This document shows, piece by piece, positions 27,901 to 42,900 of a stretch of DNA of 64,000 bases. The position numbers and the translations under genes were made by a program. The first letter of the stretch is position 1. Every line of letters begins with the position of its first letter. Source of the stretch: Eledone cirrhosa (taxonomy: Eukaryota); the NCBI GenBank assembly GCA_964016885.1, contig OZ024740.1, positions 6,510,001 through 6,574,000 of the forward strand, read 5' to 3'. The notes beneath the pieces were generated by a model, which had not been told where the DNA came from, ran no database searches, and saw only the letters and a program-made list of their open reading frames with translations.

Positions 27901-30900
27901 CTGGTAGAGGGTCTGACACCATCTTAGGTGGTGGATTGGTAGTATTGGTAGAGGGTCTGACACCATGTTAGGTGGTGGATTGACAGTATTGGTAGAGGGT
28001 CTGACACCATGTTAGGGTGGTGGATTGGCAGTATTGGTAGAGGGTCTGATACCATGTTAGGGTGGTGGATTGGCAGTATCGGTAGAGGGTCTGACACAAT
28101 GCTAGGGTGGTGGATTGGCAGTATTGGTAGAGGGTCTGACACCATGTTAGGATGGCGGATTGGCAGTATTGGTAGAGGGTCTGACACCATGTTAGGGTGG
28201 TGGATTGGTAGTATAGGTAGAGTGTCTGACACCATGCTAGGGTGGTGGATTGGCAGTATAGGTAGAGGGTCTGACACCATGTGAGGGTGGCAGATTGGCA
28301 GTATTGGTAGGGGGTCTGACACCATGTTAGGGTGGTGGATTGGCAGTATTTGTAGAGGGTCTGACACCATGTTAGGGTGGTGGATTGGCAGTATTGGTAG
28401 ATGGTCTGACACTGTGTTAGGGTGGTGGATTGGTAGTATTGGTAGAGGGTCTGACACCATGTTAGGTGGTGGATTGGTAGTATTGGTAGAGGGTCTGACA
28501 CCATGTTAGGTGGTGGATTGGCAGAATTGGTAGACGGTCTTACACAATGCTAGGGTGGTGGATTGGCAGTATTGGTAGAGGGTCTGACAGCTTGTTAGGG
28601 TGGTGGATTGGCAGTATTGGTAGAGGGTCTGACACCATGTTAGTGTGGCGGATTGGCAGTATTGGTAGAGGGTCTGACACCATGTTAGGGTGGTGGATTG
28701 GCAGTATTGGTAAAGGGTCTGACACCGTGGTAGGGGTCGATTGGTAGTATAGCTAGAGGGTCTGACACCATGCTAGGGTGGTGGATTGGCAGTATTGGTA
28801 GAGGGTCTGACACCATGTTAGGGTGGTGGATTGGCAGTATTGGTAGTGGTTCTGATACCATGTTAGGGTGGCGGATTGGCAGAATTGGTAGAGGGTCTGA
28901 CACCATGTTTGGGTGGTGGATTGGCAGTATTTGTAGATGGTCTGACACTGTGTTAGGGTGGTGGATTGGTACTATTGGTAGAGTGTCTGACACCATGTTA
29001 GGGTGGTGGATTGGCAGTATAGGTAGAGGGTTTACACAATGCTAGGGTGGTGGATTGGCAGTATTGGTAGTGGTTCTGATACCATGTTAGGGTGGTGGAT
29101 TGGCAGTATTGTTAGAGGGTCTGACACCATGCTAGGGTGGTGGATTGGCAGTATTGGTAGAGGGTCTGACACCATGTTAGGGTGGTGGATTGGCAGTATT
29201 GGTAGAGGGTCTGACACCATGCTAGGTGGTGGATTGGTAGTATTGGTAGAGGGTCTGACACCATGTTAGGGTGGTGGAGTGGTAGTATAGGTAGAGGGTC
29301 TGACACCATCTTAGGTGGTGGCTTGGTAGTATTGGTACAGTGTCTGACACCATGTTAGGGTGGTGGAGTGGTAGTATAGGTAGAGGGTCTGACACCATCT
29401 TAGGTGGTGGATTAGTAGTATTGGTAGAGGGGCTGACACCATGTTAGGTGGTGGATTGGCAGTATTGGTAGAGGGTCTGACACCATGTTAGGGTGGTGAA
29501 TTTGCAGTATTGGTAGAGGGTCTGATACCATGTTAGGGTGGTGGATTGGCAGTATTGGTAGAGGGTCTGACACAATGCTAGGGTGGTGGATTGGCAGTAT
29601 TGGTAGAGGGTCTGACTCCATGTTAGGGTGGCGGATTGGCAATGTTGGTAGAGGGTCTGACACCATGTTAGGTGGTGGATTGGTAATGTTAGTAGAGGGT
29701 CTGAAACCATGTTAGGTGGTGGATTGGTAGTATTGGTAGAGGGTCAGACGCCTTGGGTGGTGGATTGGGAGTATTGGTAGAGGGTCTGACACCATGTTAG
29801 GGTGGTGGATTGGCAGTATTGGTAAAGGGTCTGACACCGTGGTAGGGGTTGATTGGTAGTATAGCTAGAGGGTCTGACACCATGCTAGGATGGTGGATTG
29901 GCAGTATTGGTAGAGGGTCTGACACCATGTTAGGGTGGTGGATTGGCAGTATTGGTAGTGGTTCTGATACCATGTTAGGGTGGCGGATTGGCAGAATTGG
30001 TAGAAGGTCTGACACCATGTTAGGGTGGTGGATTGGCAGTATTTGCAGATGGTCTGACACTGTGTTAGGGTGGTGGATTGGTAGTATTGGTAGAGTGTCT
30101 GACACCATGTTAGGGTGGTGGATTGGCAGTATAGGTAGAGGGTTTACACAATGCTAGGGTGGTGGATTGGCATTATTGGTAGAGGGTCTGACAGCATGTT
30201 AGGGTGGTCGATTGGTAGTATTGGTAGGGGGTCTGACACCATGTTAGGTGGTGGATTGGTAGTATTGGTAGAGGGTCTGACACCATGTTAGGTGGTGGAT
30301 TGGCAGTATTGGTAGAGGGTTTACACAATGCTAGGGTGGTGGATTGGCAGTATTGGTAGAGGGTCTGACAGCATGTTAGGGTGGTGGATTGGCAGTATTG
30401 GTAGAGGGTCTGACACCATGTTAGGGTGGTGGATTGGTAATATAGGTAGAGGTTCTGACACCATGGTAGGGTGGTGGATTGGCAATATTGGTAGAGGGTC
30501 TCACACCATGTTAGGGTGGTGGATTGGCAGTATTGGTAGAGGGTCTGACACCATGTTAGGTGGTGGATTGGTAGTATTGGTAGAGGGTCTGACACCATGT
30601 TAGGTGGTGGATTGGCAGTATTGGTAGAGGGTTTACACAATGCTAGGGTGGTGGATTGGCAGTATTGGTAGAGGGTCTGACAGCATGTTAGGGTGGTGGA
30701 TTGGCAGTATTGGTAGAGGGTCTGACACCATGTTAGGGTGGTGGATTGGTAATATAGGTAGAGGTTCTGACACCATGGTAGGGTGGTGGATTGGCAATAT
30801 TGGTAGAGGGTCTCACACCATGTTAGGGTGGTGGATTGGCAGTACTGGTAGAGGGTCTGACACCATCTTAGGTGGTGGATTGGTAGTATTGGTAGAGGGT

Positions 30901-33900
30901 CTGACACCATGTTAGGTGGTGGATTGACAGTATTGGTAGAAGGTCTGACACCATGTTAGGGTGGTGGATTGGCAGTATTGGTAGAGGGTCTGATACCATG
31001 TTAGGGTGGTGGATTGGCAGTATCGGTAGAGGGTCTGACACAATGCTAGGGTGGTGGATTGGCAGTATTGGTAGAGGGTCTGACACCATGTTAGGATGGC
31101 GGATTGGCAGTATTGGTAGAGGGTCTGACACCATGTTAGGGTGGTGGATTGGTAGTATAGGTAGAGTGTCTGACACCATGCTAGGGTGGTGGATTGGCAG
31201 TATAGGTAGAGGGTCTGACACCATGTGAGGGTGGCAGATTGGCAGTATTGGTAGGGGGTCTGACACCATGTTAGGGTGGTGGATTGGCAGTATTTGTAGA
31301 GGGTCTGACACCATGTTAGGGTGGTGGATTGGCAGTATTGGTAGATGGTCTGACACTGTGTTAGGGTGGTGGATTGGTAGTATTGGTAGAGGGTCTGACA
31401 CCATGTTAGGTGGTGGATTGGTAGTATTGGTAGAGGGTCTGACACCATGTTAGGGTGGTGGATTGGCAGTATTGGTAGTGGTTCTGATACCATGTTAGGG
31501 TGGCGGATTGGCAGAATTGGTAGAGGGTCTGACACCATGTTAGGGTGGTGGATTGGCAGTATTTGTAGATGGTCTGACACTGTGTTAGGGTGGTGGATTG
31601 GTAGTATTGGTAGAGTGTCTGACACCATGTTAGGGTGGTGGATTGGCAGTATAGGTAGAGGGTTTACACAATGCTAGGGTGGTGGATTGGCAGTATTTGT
31701 AGTGGTTCTGATACCATGTTAGGGTGGTGGATTGGCAGTATTGTTAGAGGGTCTGACACCATGCTAGGGTGGTGGATTGGCAGTATTGGTAGAGGGTCTG
31801 ACACCATGTTAGGGTGGTGGATTGGCAGTAGTGGTAGAGGGTCTGACACCATGCTAGGTGGTGGATTGGTAGTATTGGTAGAGGGTCTGACACCATGTTA
31901 GGGTGGTGGAGTGGTAGTATAGGTAGAGGGTCTGACACCATCTTAGGTGGTGGATTGGTAGTATTGGTAGAGGGGCTGACACCATGTTAGGTGGTGGATT
32001 GGCAGTATTGGTAGAGGGTCTGACACCATGTTAGGGTGGTGAATTGGCAGTATTGGTAGAGGGTCTGATACCATGTTAGGGTGGTGGATTGGCAGTATCG
32101 GTAGAGGGTCTGACACAATGCTAGGGTGGTGGATTGGCAGTATTGGTAGAGGGTCTGACACCATGTTAGGGTGGCGGATTGGCAATGTTGGTAGAGGGTC
32201 TGACACCATGTTAGGTGGTGGATTGGTAATGTTAGTAGAGGGTCTGAAACCATGTTAGGTGGTGGATTGGTAGTATTGGTAGAGGGTCAGACGCCTTGGG
32301 TGGTGGATTGGGAGTATTGGTAGAGGGTCTGACACAATGTTAGGGTGGTGGATTGGCAGTATTGGTAAAGGGTCTGACACCGTGGTAGGGGTCGATTGGT
32401 AGTATAGCTAGAGGGTCTGACACCATGCTAGGATGGTGGATTGGCAGTATTGGTAGAGGGTCTGACACCATGTTAGGTTGGTGGATTGGCAGTATTGGTA
32501 GTGGTTCTGATACCATGTTAGGGTGGCGGATTGGCAGAATTGGTAGAAGGTCTGACACCATGTTAGGGTGGTGGATTGGCAGTATTTGCAGATGGTCTGA
32601 CACTGTGTTAGGGTGGTGGATTGGTAGTATTGGTAGAGTGTCTGACACCATGTTAGGGTGGTGGATTGGCAGTATAGGTAGAGGGTTGACACAATGCTAG
32701 GGTGGTGGATTGGCAGTATTGGTAGAGGGTCTGACAGCATGTTAGGGTGGTGGATTGGTAGTATTGGTAGAGGGTCTGACACCATGTTAGGTGGTGGATT
32801 GGTAGTATTGGTAGAGGGTCTGACACCATGTTAGGTGGTGGATTGGCAGTATTGGTAGAGGGTTTACACAATGCTAGGGTGGTGGATTGGCAGTATTGGT
32901 AGAGGGTCTGACAGCATGTTAGGGTGGTGGATTGGCAGTATTGGTAGAGGGTCTGACACCATGTTAGGGTGGTGGATTGGTAATATAGGTAGAGGTTCTG
33001 ACACCATGGTAGGGTGGTGGATTGGCAATATTGGTAGAGGGTCTCACACCATGTTAGGGTGGTGGATTGGCAGTATTGGTAGAGGGTCTGACACCATGTT
33101 AGGTGGTGGATTGGTAGTATTGGTAGAGGGTCTGACACCATGTTAGGTGGTGGATTGGCAGTATTGGTAGAGGGTTTACACAATGCTAGGGTGGTGGATT
33201 GGCAGTATTGGTAGAGGGTCTGACAGCATGTTAGGGTGGTGGATTGGCAGTATTGGTAGAGGATCTGACACCATGTTAGGGTGGTGGATTGGTAATATAG
33301 GTAGAGGTTCTGACACCATGGTAGGGTGGTGGATTGGCAGTATCGGTAGAGGGTCTGACACAATGCTAGGGTGGTGGATTGGCAGTATTGGTAGAGGGTC
33401 TGACACCATGTTAGGATGGCGGATTGGCAGTATTGGTAGAGGGTCTGACACCATGTTAGGGTGGTGGATTGGTAGTATAGGTAGAGTGTCTGACACCATG
33501 CTAGGGTGGTGGATTGGCAGTATAGGTAGAGGGTCTGACACCATGTTAGGGTGGTGGATTGGCAGTACTGGTAGAGGGTCTGACACCATCTTAGGTGGTG
33601 GATTGGTAGTATTGGTAGAGGGTCTGACACCATGTTAGGTGGTGGATTGACAGTATTGGTAGAGGGTCTGACACCATGTTAGGGTGGTGGATTGGCAGTA
33701 TTGGTAGAGGGTCTGATACCATGTTAGGGTGGTGGATTGGCAGTATCGGTAGAGGGTCTGACACAATGCTAGGGTGGTGGATTGGCAGTATTGGTAGAGG
33801 GTCTGACACCATGTTAGGATGGCGGATTGGCAGTATTGGTAGAGGGTCTGACACCATGTTAGGGTGGTGGATTGGTAGTATAGGTAGAGTGTCTGACACC

Positions 33901-36900
33901 ATGCTAGGGTGGTGGATTGGCAGTATAGGTAGAGGGTCTGACACCATGTGAGGGTGGCAGATTGGCAGTATTGGTAGGGGGTCTGACACCATGTTAGGGT
34001 GGTGGATTGGCAGTATTTGTAGAGGGTCTGACACCATGTTAGGGTGGTGGATTGGCAGTATTGGTAGATGGTCTGACACTGTGTTAGGGTGGTGGATTGG
34101 TAGTATTGGTAGAGGGTCTGACACCATGTTAGGTGGTGGATTGGTAGTATTGGTAGAGGGTCTGACACCATGTTAGGTGGTGGATTGGCAGAATTGGTAG
34201 ACGGTCTTACACAATGCTAGGGTGGTGGATTGGCAGTATTGGTAGAGGGTCTGACAGCTTGTTAGGGTGGTGGATTGGCAGTATTGGTAGAGGGTCTGAC
34301 ACCATGTTAGTGTGGCGGATTGGCAGTATTGGTAGAGGGTCTGACACCATGTTAGGGTGGTGGATTGGCAGTATTGGTAAAGGGTCTGACACCGTGGTAG
34401 GGGTCGATTGGTAGTATAGCTAGAGGGTCTGACACCATGCTAGGGTGGTGGATTGGCAGTATTGGTAGAGGGTCTGACACCATGTTAGGGTGGTGGATTG
34501 GCAGTATTGGTAGTGGTTCTGATACCATGTTAGGGTGGCGGATTGGCAGAATTGGTAGAGGGTCTGACACCATGTTTGGGTGGTGGATTGGCAGTATTTG
34601 TAGATGGTCTGACACTGTGTTAGGGTGGTGGATTGGTACTATTGGTAGAGTGTCTGACACCATGTTAGGGTGGTGGATTGGCAGTATAGGTAGAGGGTTT
34701 ACACAATGCTAGGGTGGTGGATTGGCAGTATTGGTAGTGGTTCTGATACCATGTTAGGGTGGTGGATTGGCAGTATTGTTAGAGGGTCTGACACCATGCT
34801 AGGGTGGTGGATTGGCAGTATTGGTAGAGGGTCTGACACCATGTTAGGGTGGTGGATTGGCAGTATTGGTAGAGGGTCTGACACCATGCTAGGTGGTGGA
34901 TTGGTAGTATTGGTAGAGGGTCTGACACCATGTTAGGGTGGTGGAGTGGTAGTATAGGTAGAGGGTCTGACACCATCTTAGGTGGTGGCTTGGTAGTATT
35001 GGTACAGTGTCTGACACCATGTTAGGGTGGTGGAGTGGTAGTATAGGTAGAGGGTCTGACACCATCTTAGGTGGTGGATTAGTAGTATTGGTAGAGGGGC
35101 TGACACCATGTTAGGTGGTGGATTGGCAGTATTGGTAGAGGGTCTGACACCATGTTAGGGTGGTGAATTTGCAGTATTGGTAGAGGGTCTGATACCATGT
35201 TAGGGTGGTGGATTGGCAGTATTGGTAGAGGGTCTGACACAATGCTAGGGTGGTGGATTGGCAGTATTGGTAGAGGGTCTGACTCCATGTTAGGGTGGCG
35301 GATTGGCAATGTTGGTAGAGGGTCTGACACCATGTTAGGTGGTGGATTGGTAATGTTAGTAGAGGGTCTGAAACCATGTTAGGTGGTGGATTGGTAGTAT
35401 TGGTAGAGGGTCAGACGCCTTGGGTGGTGGATTGGGAGTATTGGTAGAGGGTCTGACACCATGTTAGGGTGGTGGATTGGCAGTATTGGTAAAGGGTCTG
35501 ACACCGTGGTAGGGGTTGATTGGTAGTATAGCTAGAGGGTCTGACACCATGCTAGGATGGTGGATTGGCAGTATTGGTAGAGGGTCTGACACCATGTTAG
35601 GGTGGTGGATTGGCAGTATTGGTAGTGGTTCTGATACCATGTTAGGGTGGCGGATTGGCAGAATTGGTAGAAGGTCTGACACCATGTTAGGGTGGTGGAT
35701 TGGCAGTATTTGCAGATGGTCTGACACTGTGTTAGGGTGGTGGATTGGTAGTATTGGTAGAGTGTCTGACACCATGTTAGGGTGGTGGATTGGCAGTATA
35801 GGTAGAGGGTTTACACAATGCTAGGGTGGTGGATTGGCATTATTGGTAGAGGGTCTGACAGCATGTTAGGGTGGTCGATTGGTAGTATTGGTAGGGGGTC
35901 TGACACCATGTTAGGTGGTGGATTGGTAGTATTGGTAGAGGGTCTGACACCATGTTAGGTGGTGGATTGGCAGTATTGGTAGAGGGTTTACACAATGCTA
36001 GGGTGGTGGATTGGCAGTATTGGTAGAGGGTCTGACAGCATGTTAGGGTGGTGGATTGGCAGTATTGGTAGAGGGTCTGACACCATGTTAGGGTGGTGGA
36101 TTGGTAATATAGGTAGAGGTTCTGACACCATGGTAGGGTGGTGGATTGGCAATATTGGTAGAGGGTCTCACACCATGTTAGGGTGGTGGATTGGCAGTAT
36201 TGGTAGAGGGTCTGACACCATGTTAGGTGGTGGATTGGTAGTATTGGTAGAGGGTCTGACACCATGTTAGGTGGTGGATTGGCAGTATTGGTAGAGGGTT
36301 TACACAATGCTAGGGTGGTGGATTGGCAGTATTGGTAGAGGGTCTGACAGCATGTTAGGGTGGTGGATTGGCAGTATTGGTAGAGGGTCTGACACCATGT
36401 TAGGGTGGTGGATTGGTAATATAGGTAGAGGTTCTGACACCATGGTAGGGTGGTGGATTGGCAATATTGGTAGAGGGTCTCACACCATGTTAGGGTGGTG
36501 GATTGGCAGTACTGGTAGAGGGTCTGACACCATCTTAGGTGGTGGATTGGTAGTATTGGTAGAGGGTCTGACACCATGTTAGGTGGTGGATTGACAGTAT
36601 TGGTAGAAGGTCTGACACCATGTTAGGGTGGTGGATTGGCAGTATTGGTAGAGGGTCTGATACCATGTTAGGGTGGTGGATTGGCAGTATCGGTAGAGGG
36701 TCTGACACAATGCTAGGGTGGTGGATTGGCAGTATTGGTAGAGGGTCTGACACCATGTTAGGATGGCGGATTGGCAGTATTGGTAGAGGGTCTGACACCA
36801 TGTTAGGGTGGTGGATTGGTAGTATAGGTAGAGTGTCTGACACCATGCTAGGGTGGTGGATTGGCAGTATAGGTAGAGGGTCTGACACCATGTGAGGGTG

Positions 36901-39900
36901 GCAGATTGGCAGTATTGGTAGGGGGTCTGACACCATGTTAGGGTGGTGGATTGGCAGTATTTGTAGAGGGTCTGACACCATGTTAGGGTGGTGGATTGGC
37001 AGTATTGGTAGATGGTCTGACACTGTGTTAGGGTGGTGGATTGGTAGTATTGGTAGAGGGTCTGACACCATGTTAGGTGGTGGATTGGTAGTATTGGTAG
37101 AGGGTCTGACACCATGTTAGGTGGTGGATTGGCAGAATTGGTAGACGGTCTTACACAATGCTAGGGTGGTGGATTGGCAGTATTGGTAGAGGGTCTGACA
37201 GCTTGTTAGGGTGGTGGATTGGCAGTATTGGTAGAGGGTCTGACACCATGTTAGTGTGGCGGATTGGCAGTATTGGTAGAGGGTCTGACACCATGTTAGG
37301 GTGGTGGATTGGCAGTATTGGTAAAGGGTCTGACACCGTGGTAGGGGTCGATTGGTAGTATAGCTAGAGGGTCTGACACCATGCTAGGGTGGTGGATTGG
37401 CAGTATTGGTAGAGGGTCTGACACCATGTTAGGGTGGTGGATTGGCAGTATTGGTAGTGGTTCTGATACCATGTTAGGGTGGCGGATTGGCAGAATTGGT
37501 AGAGGGTCTGACACCATGTTAGGGTGGTGGATTGGCAGTATTTGTAGATGGTCTGACACTGTGTTAGGGTGGTGGATTGGTACTATTGGTAGAGTGTCTG
37601 ACACCATGTTAGGGTGGTGGATTGGCAGTATAGGTAGAGGGTTTACACAATGCTAGGGTGGTGGATTGGCAGTATTGGTAGTGGTTCTGATACCATGTTA
37701 GGGTGGTGGATTGGCAGTATTGTTAGAGGGTCTGACACCATGCTAGGGTGGTGGATTGGCAGTATTGGTAGAGGGTCTGACACCATGTTAGGGTGGTGGA
37801 TTGGCAGTATTGGTAGAGGGTCTGACACCATGCTAGGTGGTGGATTGGTAGTATTGGTAGAGGGTCTGACACCATGTTAGGGTGGTGGAGTGGTAGTATA
37901 GGTAGAGGGTCTGACACCATCTTAGGTGGTGGCTTGGTAGTATTGGTACAGTGTCTGACACCATGTTAGGGTGGTGGAGTGGTAGTATAGGTAGAGGGTC
38001 TGACACCATCTTAGGTGGTGGATTGGTAGTATTGGTAGAGGGGCTGACACCATGTTAGGTGGTGGATTGGCAGTATTGGTAGAGGGTCTGACACCATGTT
38101 AGGGTGGTGAATTGGCAGTATTGGTAGAGGGTCTGATACCATGTTAGGGTGGTGGATTGGCAGTATTGGTAGAGGGTCTGACACAATGCTAGGGTGGTGG
38201 ATTGGCAGTATTGGTAGAGGGTCTGACTCCATGTTAGGGTGGCGGATTGGCAATGTTGGTAGAGGGTCTGACACCATGTTAGGTGGTGGATTGGTAATGT
38301 TAGTAGAGGGTCTGAAACCATGTTAGGTGGTGGATTGGTAGTATTGGTAGAGGGTCAGACGCCTTGGGTGGTGGATTGGGAGTATTGGTAGAGGGTCTGA
38401 CACCATGTTAGGGTGGTGGATTGGCAGTATTGGTAAAGGGTCTGACACCGTGGTAGGGGTTGATTGGTAGTATAGCTAGAGGGTCTGACACCATGCTAGG
38501 ATGGTGGATTGGCAGTATTGGTAGAGGGTCTGACACCATGTTAGGGTGGTGGATTGGCAGTATTGGTAGTGGTTCTGATACCATGTTAGGGTGGCGGATT
38601 GGCAGAATTGGTAGAAGGTCTGACACCATGTTAGGGTGGTGGATTGGCAGTATTTGCAGATGGTCTGACACTGTGTTAGGGTGGTGGATTGGTAGTATTG
38701 GTAGAGTGTCTGACACCATGTTAGGGTGGTGGATTGGCAGTATAGGTAGAGGGTTTACACAATGCTAGGGTGGTGGATTGGCATTATTGGTAGAGGGTCT
38801 GACAGCATGTTAGGGTGGTGGATTGGTAGTATTGGTAGAGGGTCTGACACCATGTTAGGTGGTGGATTGGTAGTATTGGTAGAGGGTCTGACACCATGTT
38901 AGGTGGTGGATTGGCAGTATTGGTAGAGGGTTTACACAATGCTAGGGTGGTGGATTGGCAGTATTGGTAGAGGGTCTGACAGCATGTTAGGGTGGTGGAT
39001 TGGCAGTATTGGTAGAGGGTCTGACACCATGTTAGGGTGGTGGATTGGTAATATAGGTAGAGGTTCTGACACCATGGTAGGGTGGTGGATTGGCAATATT
39101 GGTAGAGGGTCTCACACCATGTTAGGGTGGTGGATTGGCAGTATTGGTAGAGGGTCTGACACCATGTTAGGTGGTGGATTGGTAGTATTGGTAGAGGGTC
39201 TGACACCATGTTAGGTGGTGGATTGGCAGTATTGGTAGAGGGTTTACACAATGCTAGGGTGGTGGATTGGCAGTATTGGTAGAGGGTCTGACAGCATGTT
39301 AGGGTGGTTGATTGGCAGTATTGGTAGAGGGTCTGACACCATGTTAGGGTGGTGGATTGGTAATATAGGTAGAGGTTCTGACACCATGGTAGGGTGGTGG
39401 ATTGGCAATATTGGTAGAGGGTCTCACACCATGTTAGGGTGGTGGATTGGCGGTACTGGTAGAGGGTCTGACACCATCTTAGGTGGTGGATTGGTAGTAT
39501 TGGTAGAGGGTCTGACACCATGTTAGGTGGTGGATTGGCAGTATTGGTAGAGGGTCTGACACCATGTTAGGGTGGTGGATTGGCAGTATTGGTAGAGGGT
39601 CTGATACCATGTTAGGGTGGTGGATTGGCAGTATAGGTAGAGGGTCTGACACAATGCTAGGGTGGTGGATTGGCAGTATTGGTAGAGGGTCTGACACCAT
39701 GTTAGGATGGCGGATTGGCAGTATTGGTAGAGGGTCTGACACCATGTTAGGGTGGTGGATTGGTAGTATAGGTAGAGTGTCTGACACCATGCTAGGGTGG
39801 TGGATTGGCAGTATAGGTAGAGGGTCTGACACCATGTGAGGGTGGCAGATTGGTAGTATTGGTAGGGGGTCTGACACCATGTTAGGGTGGTGGATTGGCA

Positions 39901-42900
39901 GTATTTGTAGAGGGTCTGACACCATGTTAGGGTGGTGGATTGGCAGTATTGGTAGATGGTCTGACACTGTGTTAGGGTGGTGGATTGGTAGTATTGATAG
40001 AGGGTCTGACACCATGTTAGGTGGTGGATTGGTAGTATTGGTAGAGGGTCTGACACCATGTTAGGTGGTGGATTGGCAGTATTGGTAGACGGTCTTACAC
40101 AATGCTAGGGTGGTGGATTGGCAGTATTGGTAGAGGGTCTGACAGCATGTTAGGGTGGTGGATTGGCAGTATTGGTAGAGGGTCTGACACCATGTTAGTG
40201 TGGCGGATTGGCAGTATTGGTAGAGGGTCTGACACCATGTTAGGGTGGTGGATTGGTAGTATATGTAGAGTGTCTGACACCATGTTAGGGTGGTGGATTG
40301 GCAGTATAGGTAGAGGGTCTGACACCATGTGAGGGTGGCAGATTGGCAGTATTCGTAGGGGGTCTGACACCATGTTAGGGTGGTGGATTGGCAGTATTTG
40401 TAGAGGGTCTGACACCATGCTAGGGTGGTGGATTGGCAGTATTGGTAGAGGGTCTGTCACCATGTTAGGGTGGTGGATTGGCAGTATTGGTAGAGGGTCT
40501 GACACCATGCTAGGTCGTGGATTGTTAGTATTGGTAGAGGGTCTGACACCATGTTAGGTGGTGGATTGGCAGTATTGGTAGAGTGTCTGACACCAACTTA
40601 GTTGGTGGATTGGTAGTATTGGTAGAGGGTCTAACACCATGGTATGTGGTGGATAGGTAGTATTGGTAGAGGGTCTGACACCATGTTAGGGTGGTGGATT
40701 GGTAGTATATGTAGAGTGTCTGACACCATGTTAGGGTGGTGGATTGGCAGTATAGGTAGAGGGTCTGACACCATGTGAGGGTGGCAGATTGGCAGTATTC
40801 GTAGGGGGTCTGACACCATGTTAGGGTGGTGGATTGGCAGTATTGGTAGAGGGTCTGACACCATGCTAGGGTGGTGGATTGGCAGTATTGGTAGAGGGTC
40901 TGTCACCATGTTAGGGTGGTGGATTGGCAGTATTGGTAGAGGGTCTGACACCATGCTAGGTCGTGGATTGTTAGTATTGGTAGAGGGTCTGACACCATGT
41001 TAGGTGGTGGATTGGCAGTATTGGTAGAGTGTCTGACACCAACTTAGTTGGTGGATTGGTAGTATTGGTAGAGGGTCTAACACCATGGTATGTGGTGGAT
41101 TGGCAGTATTGGTAGAGGGTCTGACACCATGGTAGGGTGGTGGATTGGTAGTATTGGTAGAGGGTCTGCCACCATGCTAGGTCGTGGATTGTTAGTATTG
41201 GTAGAGGGTCTGACACCATGTTAGGTGGTGGATTGGTAGTATTGGTAGAGGGTCTGACACCATGTTAGGTCGTGGATTGTTAGTATTGGTAGAGGGTCTG
41301 ACACCATGTTAGGTGGTGGATTGGTAGTATTGGTAGAGGGTCTAACACCATGGTATGTGGTGGATTGGCAGTATTGGTAGAGGGTCTGACACCATGGTAG
41401 GGTGGTGGATTGGTAGTATTGGTAGAGGGTCTGCCACCATGCTAGGTCGTGGATTGTTAGTATTGGTAGAGGGTCTGACACCATGTTAGGTGGAGGATTG
41501 GCAGTATTGGTAGCGGGTCTGACACCATGGTAGGTGGTGGATTGGCAGCATTGGTAGAGTGTCTAACACCATGTTAGGGTGGTGGATTGGCAGTATTGGT
41601 AGAGGGTCTGACACCATGTTAGGTGGTGGATTGGCAGTATTGGTAGAGGGTCTGACACCATGTTAGGGTGGCGGATTGGCAGTATTGGTAGAGGGTCTGA
41701 CACCATGTTAGGGTGGCGGATTGGCAGTATTGGTAGAGGGTCTGACACCATGTTAGGGTGGTGGATTGGCAGTATTGGTAGAGGGTCTGACACCATGTTA
41801 GGGTGGTGGATTGGTAGTATAGGTAGAGGATCTGACACCAAGCTAGGGTGGTGGATTGGCAGTATAGGTAGAGGGTCTGACACCATGTTAGGGGTGGATT
41901 GGTAGTATAGGTAGAGGGTTTGACACAATGCTAGGTTGGTGGATTGGCAGTATTGGTAGAGGCTCTGACACCATGTTAGGGTGGTGGATTGGCAGTATAG
42001 GTAGAGGGTCTGACACAATGTTAGGGTGGCGGATTGGCAGAATTGGTAGAGGGTCTGACACCATGTTAGGGTGGTGGATTGGCAGTATTGGTAGATGGTC
42101 TGACACTGTGTTAGGGTGGTGGATTGGTAGTATTGGTAGAGGGTCTGACACCATGTTAGGTGGTGGATTGGTAGTATTGGTAGAGGGTCTGACACCATGT
42201 TAGGTGGTGGATCGGCAGTATTGGTAGAGGGTCTTACACAATGCTAGGGTGGTGGATTGGCAGTATTGGTAGAGGGTCTGACAGCATGTTAGGGTGGTGT
42301 ATTGGCAGTATTGTTAGAGGGTCTGACACAATGTTAGGGTTGTGGATTGGCAGTATTGGTAGAGGGTCTGACACCATGTTAGGGGTGTATTGGTAGTATA
42401 GGTAGAGGGTTTGACACAATGCTAGGGTGGCGGATTGGCATTATTGGTAGAGGGTCTGACACCATGTTAGGTGGTGGATTGGCAGTATTGGTAGAGGGTC
42501 TGACACCATGTTAGGGTGGCGGATTGGCAGTATTGGTAGAGGGTCTGACACCATGTTAGGTGGTAGATTGGCAGTATTGGTAGAGGATCTGACACAATGC
42601 TAGGGTGGTGGATTGGCAGTATTGGTAGAGGGTCTGACACAATGCTAGGGTGGTGGATTGGCAGTATTGGTAGAGGGTCTGACACCATGTTAGGGTGGTG
42701 GATTGGTAGTATTGGTAGAGGGTCTGACACCATGGTAGGGGTGGATTGGTAGTATAAGTAGAGGGTCTGACACAATGCTAGGTTGGCGGATTGGCAGTAT
42801 TGGTAGAGGGTCTCACACCATGTTAGGTGGTGTATTGGCAGTATTGGTAGAGGGTCTGACACCATGTTAGGGTGGTGGATTGGCAGTATAGGTAGAAGGT

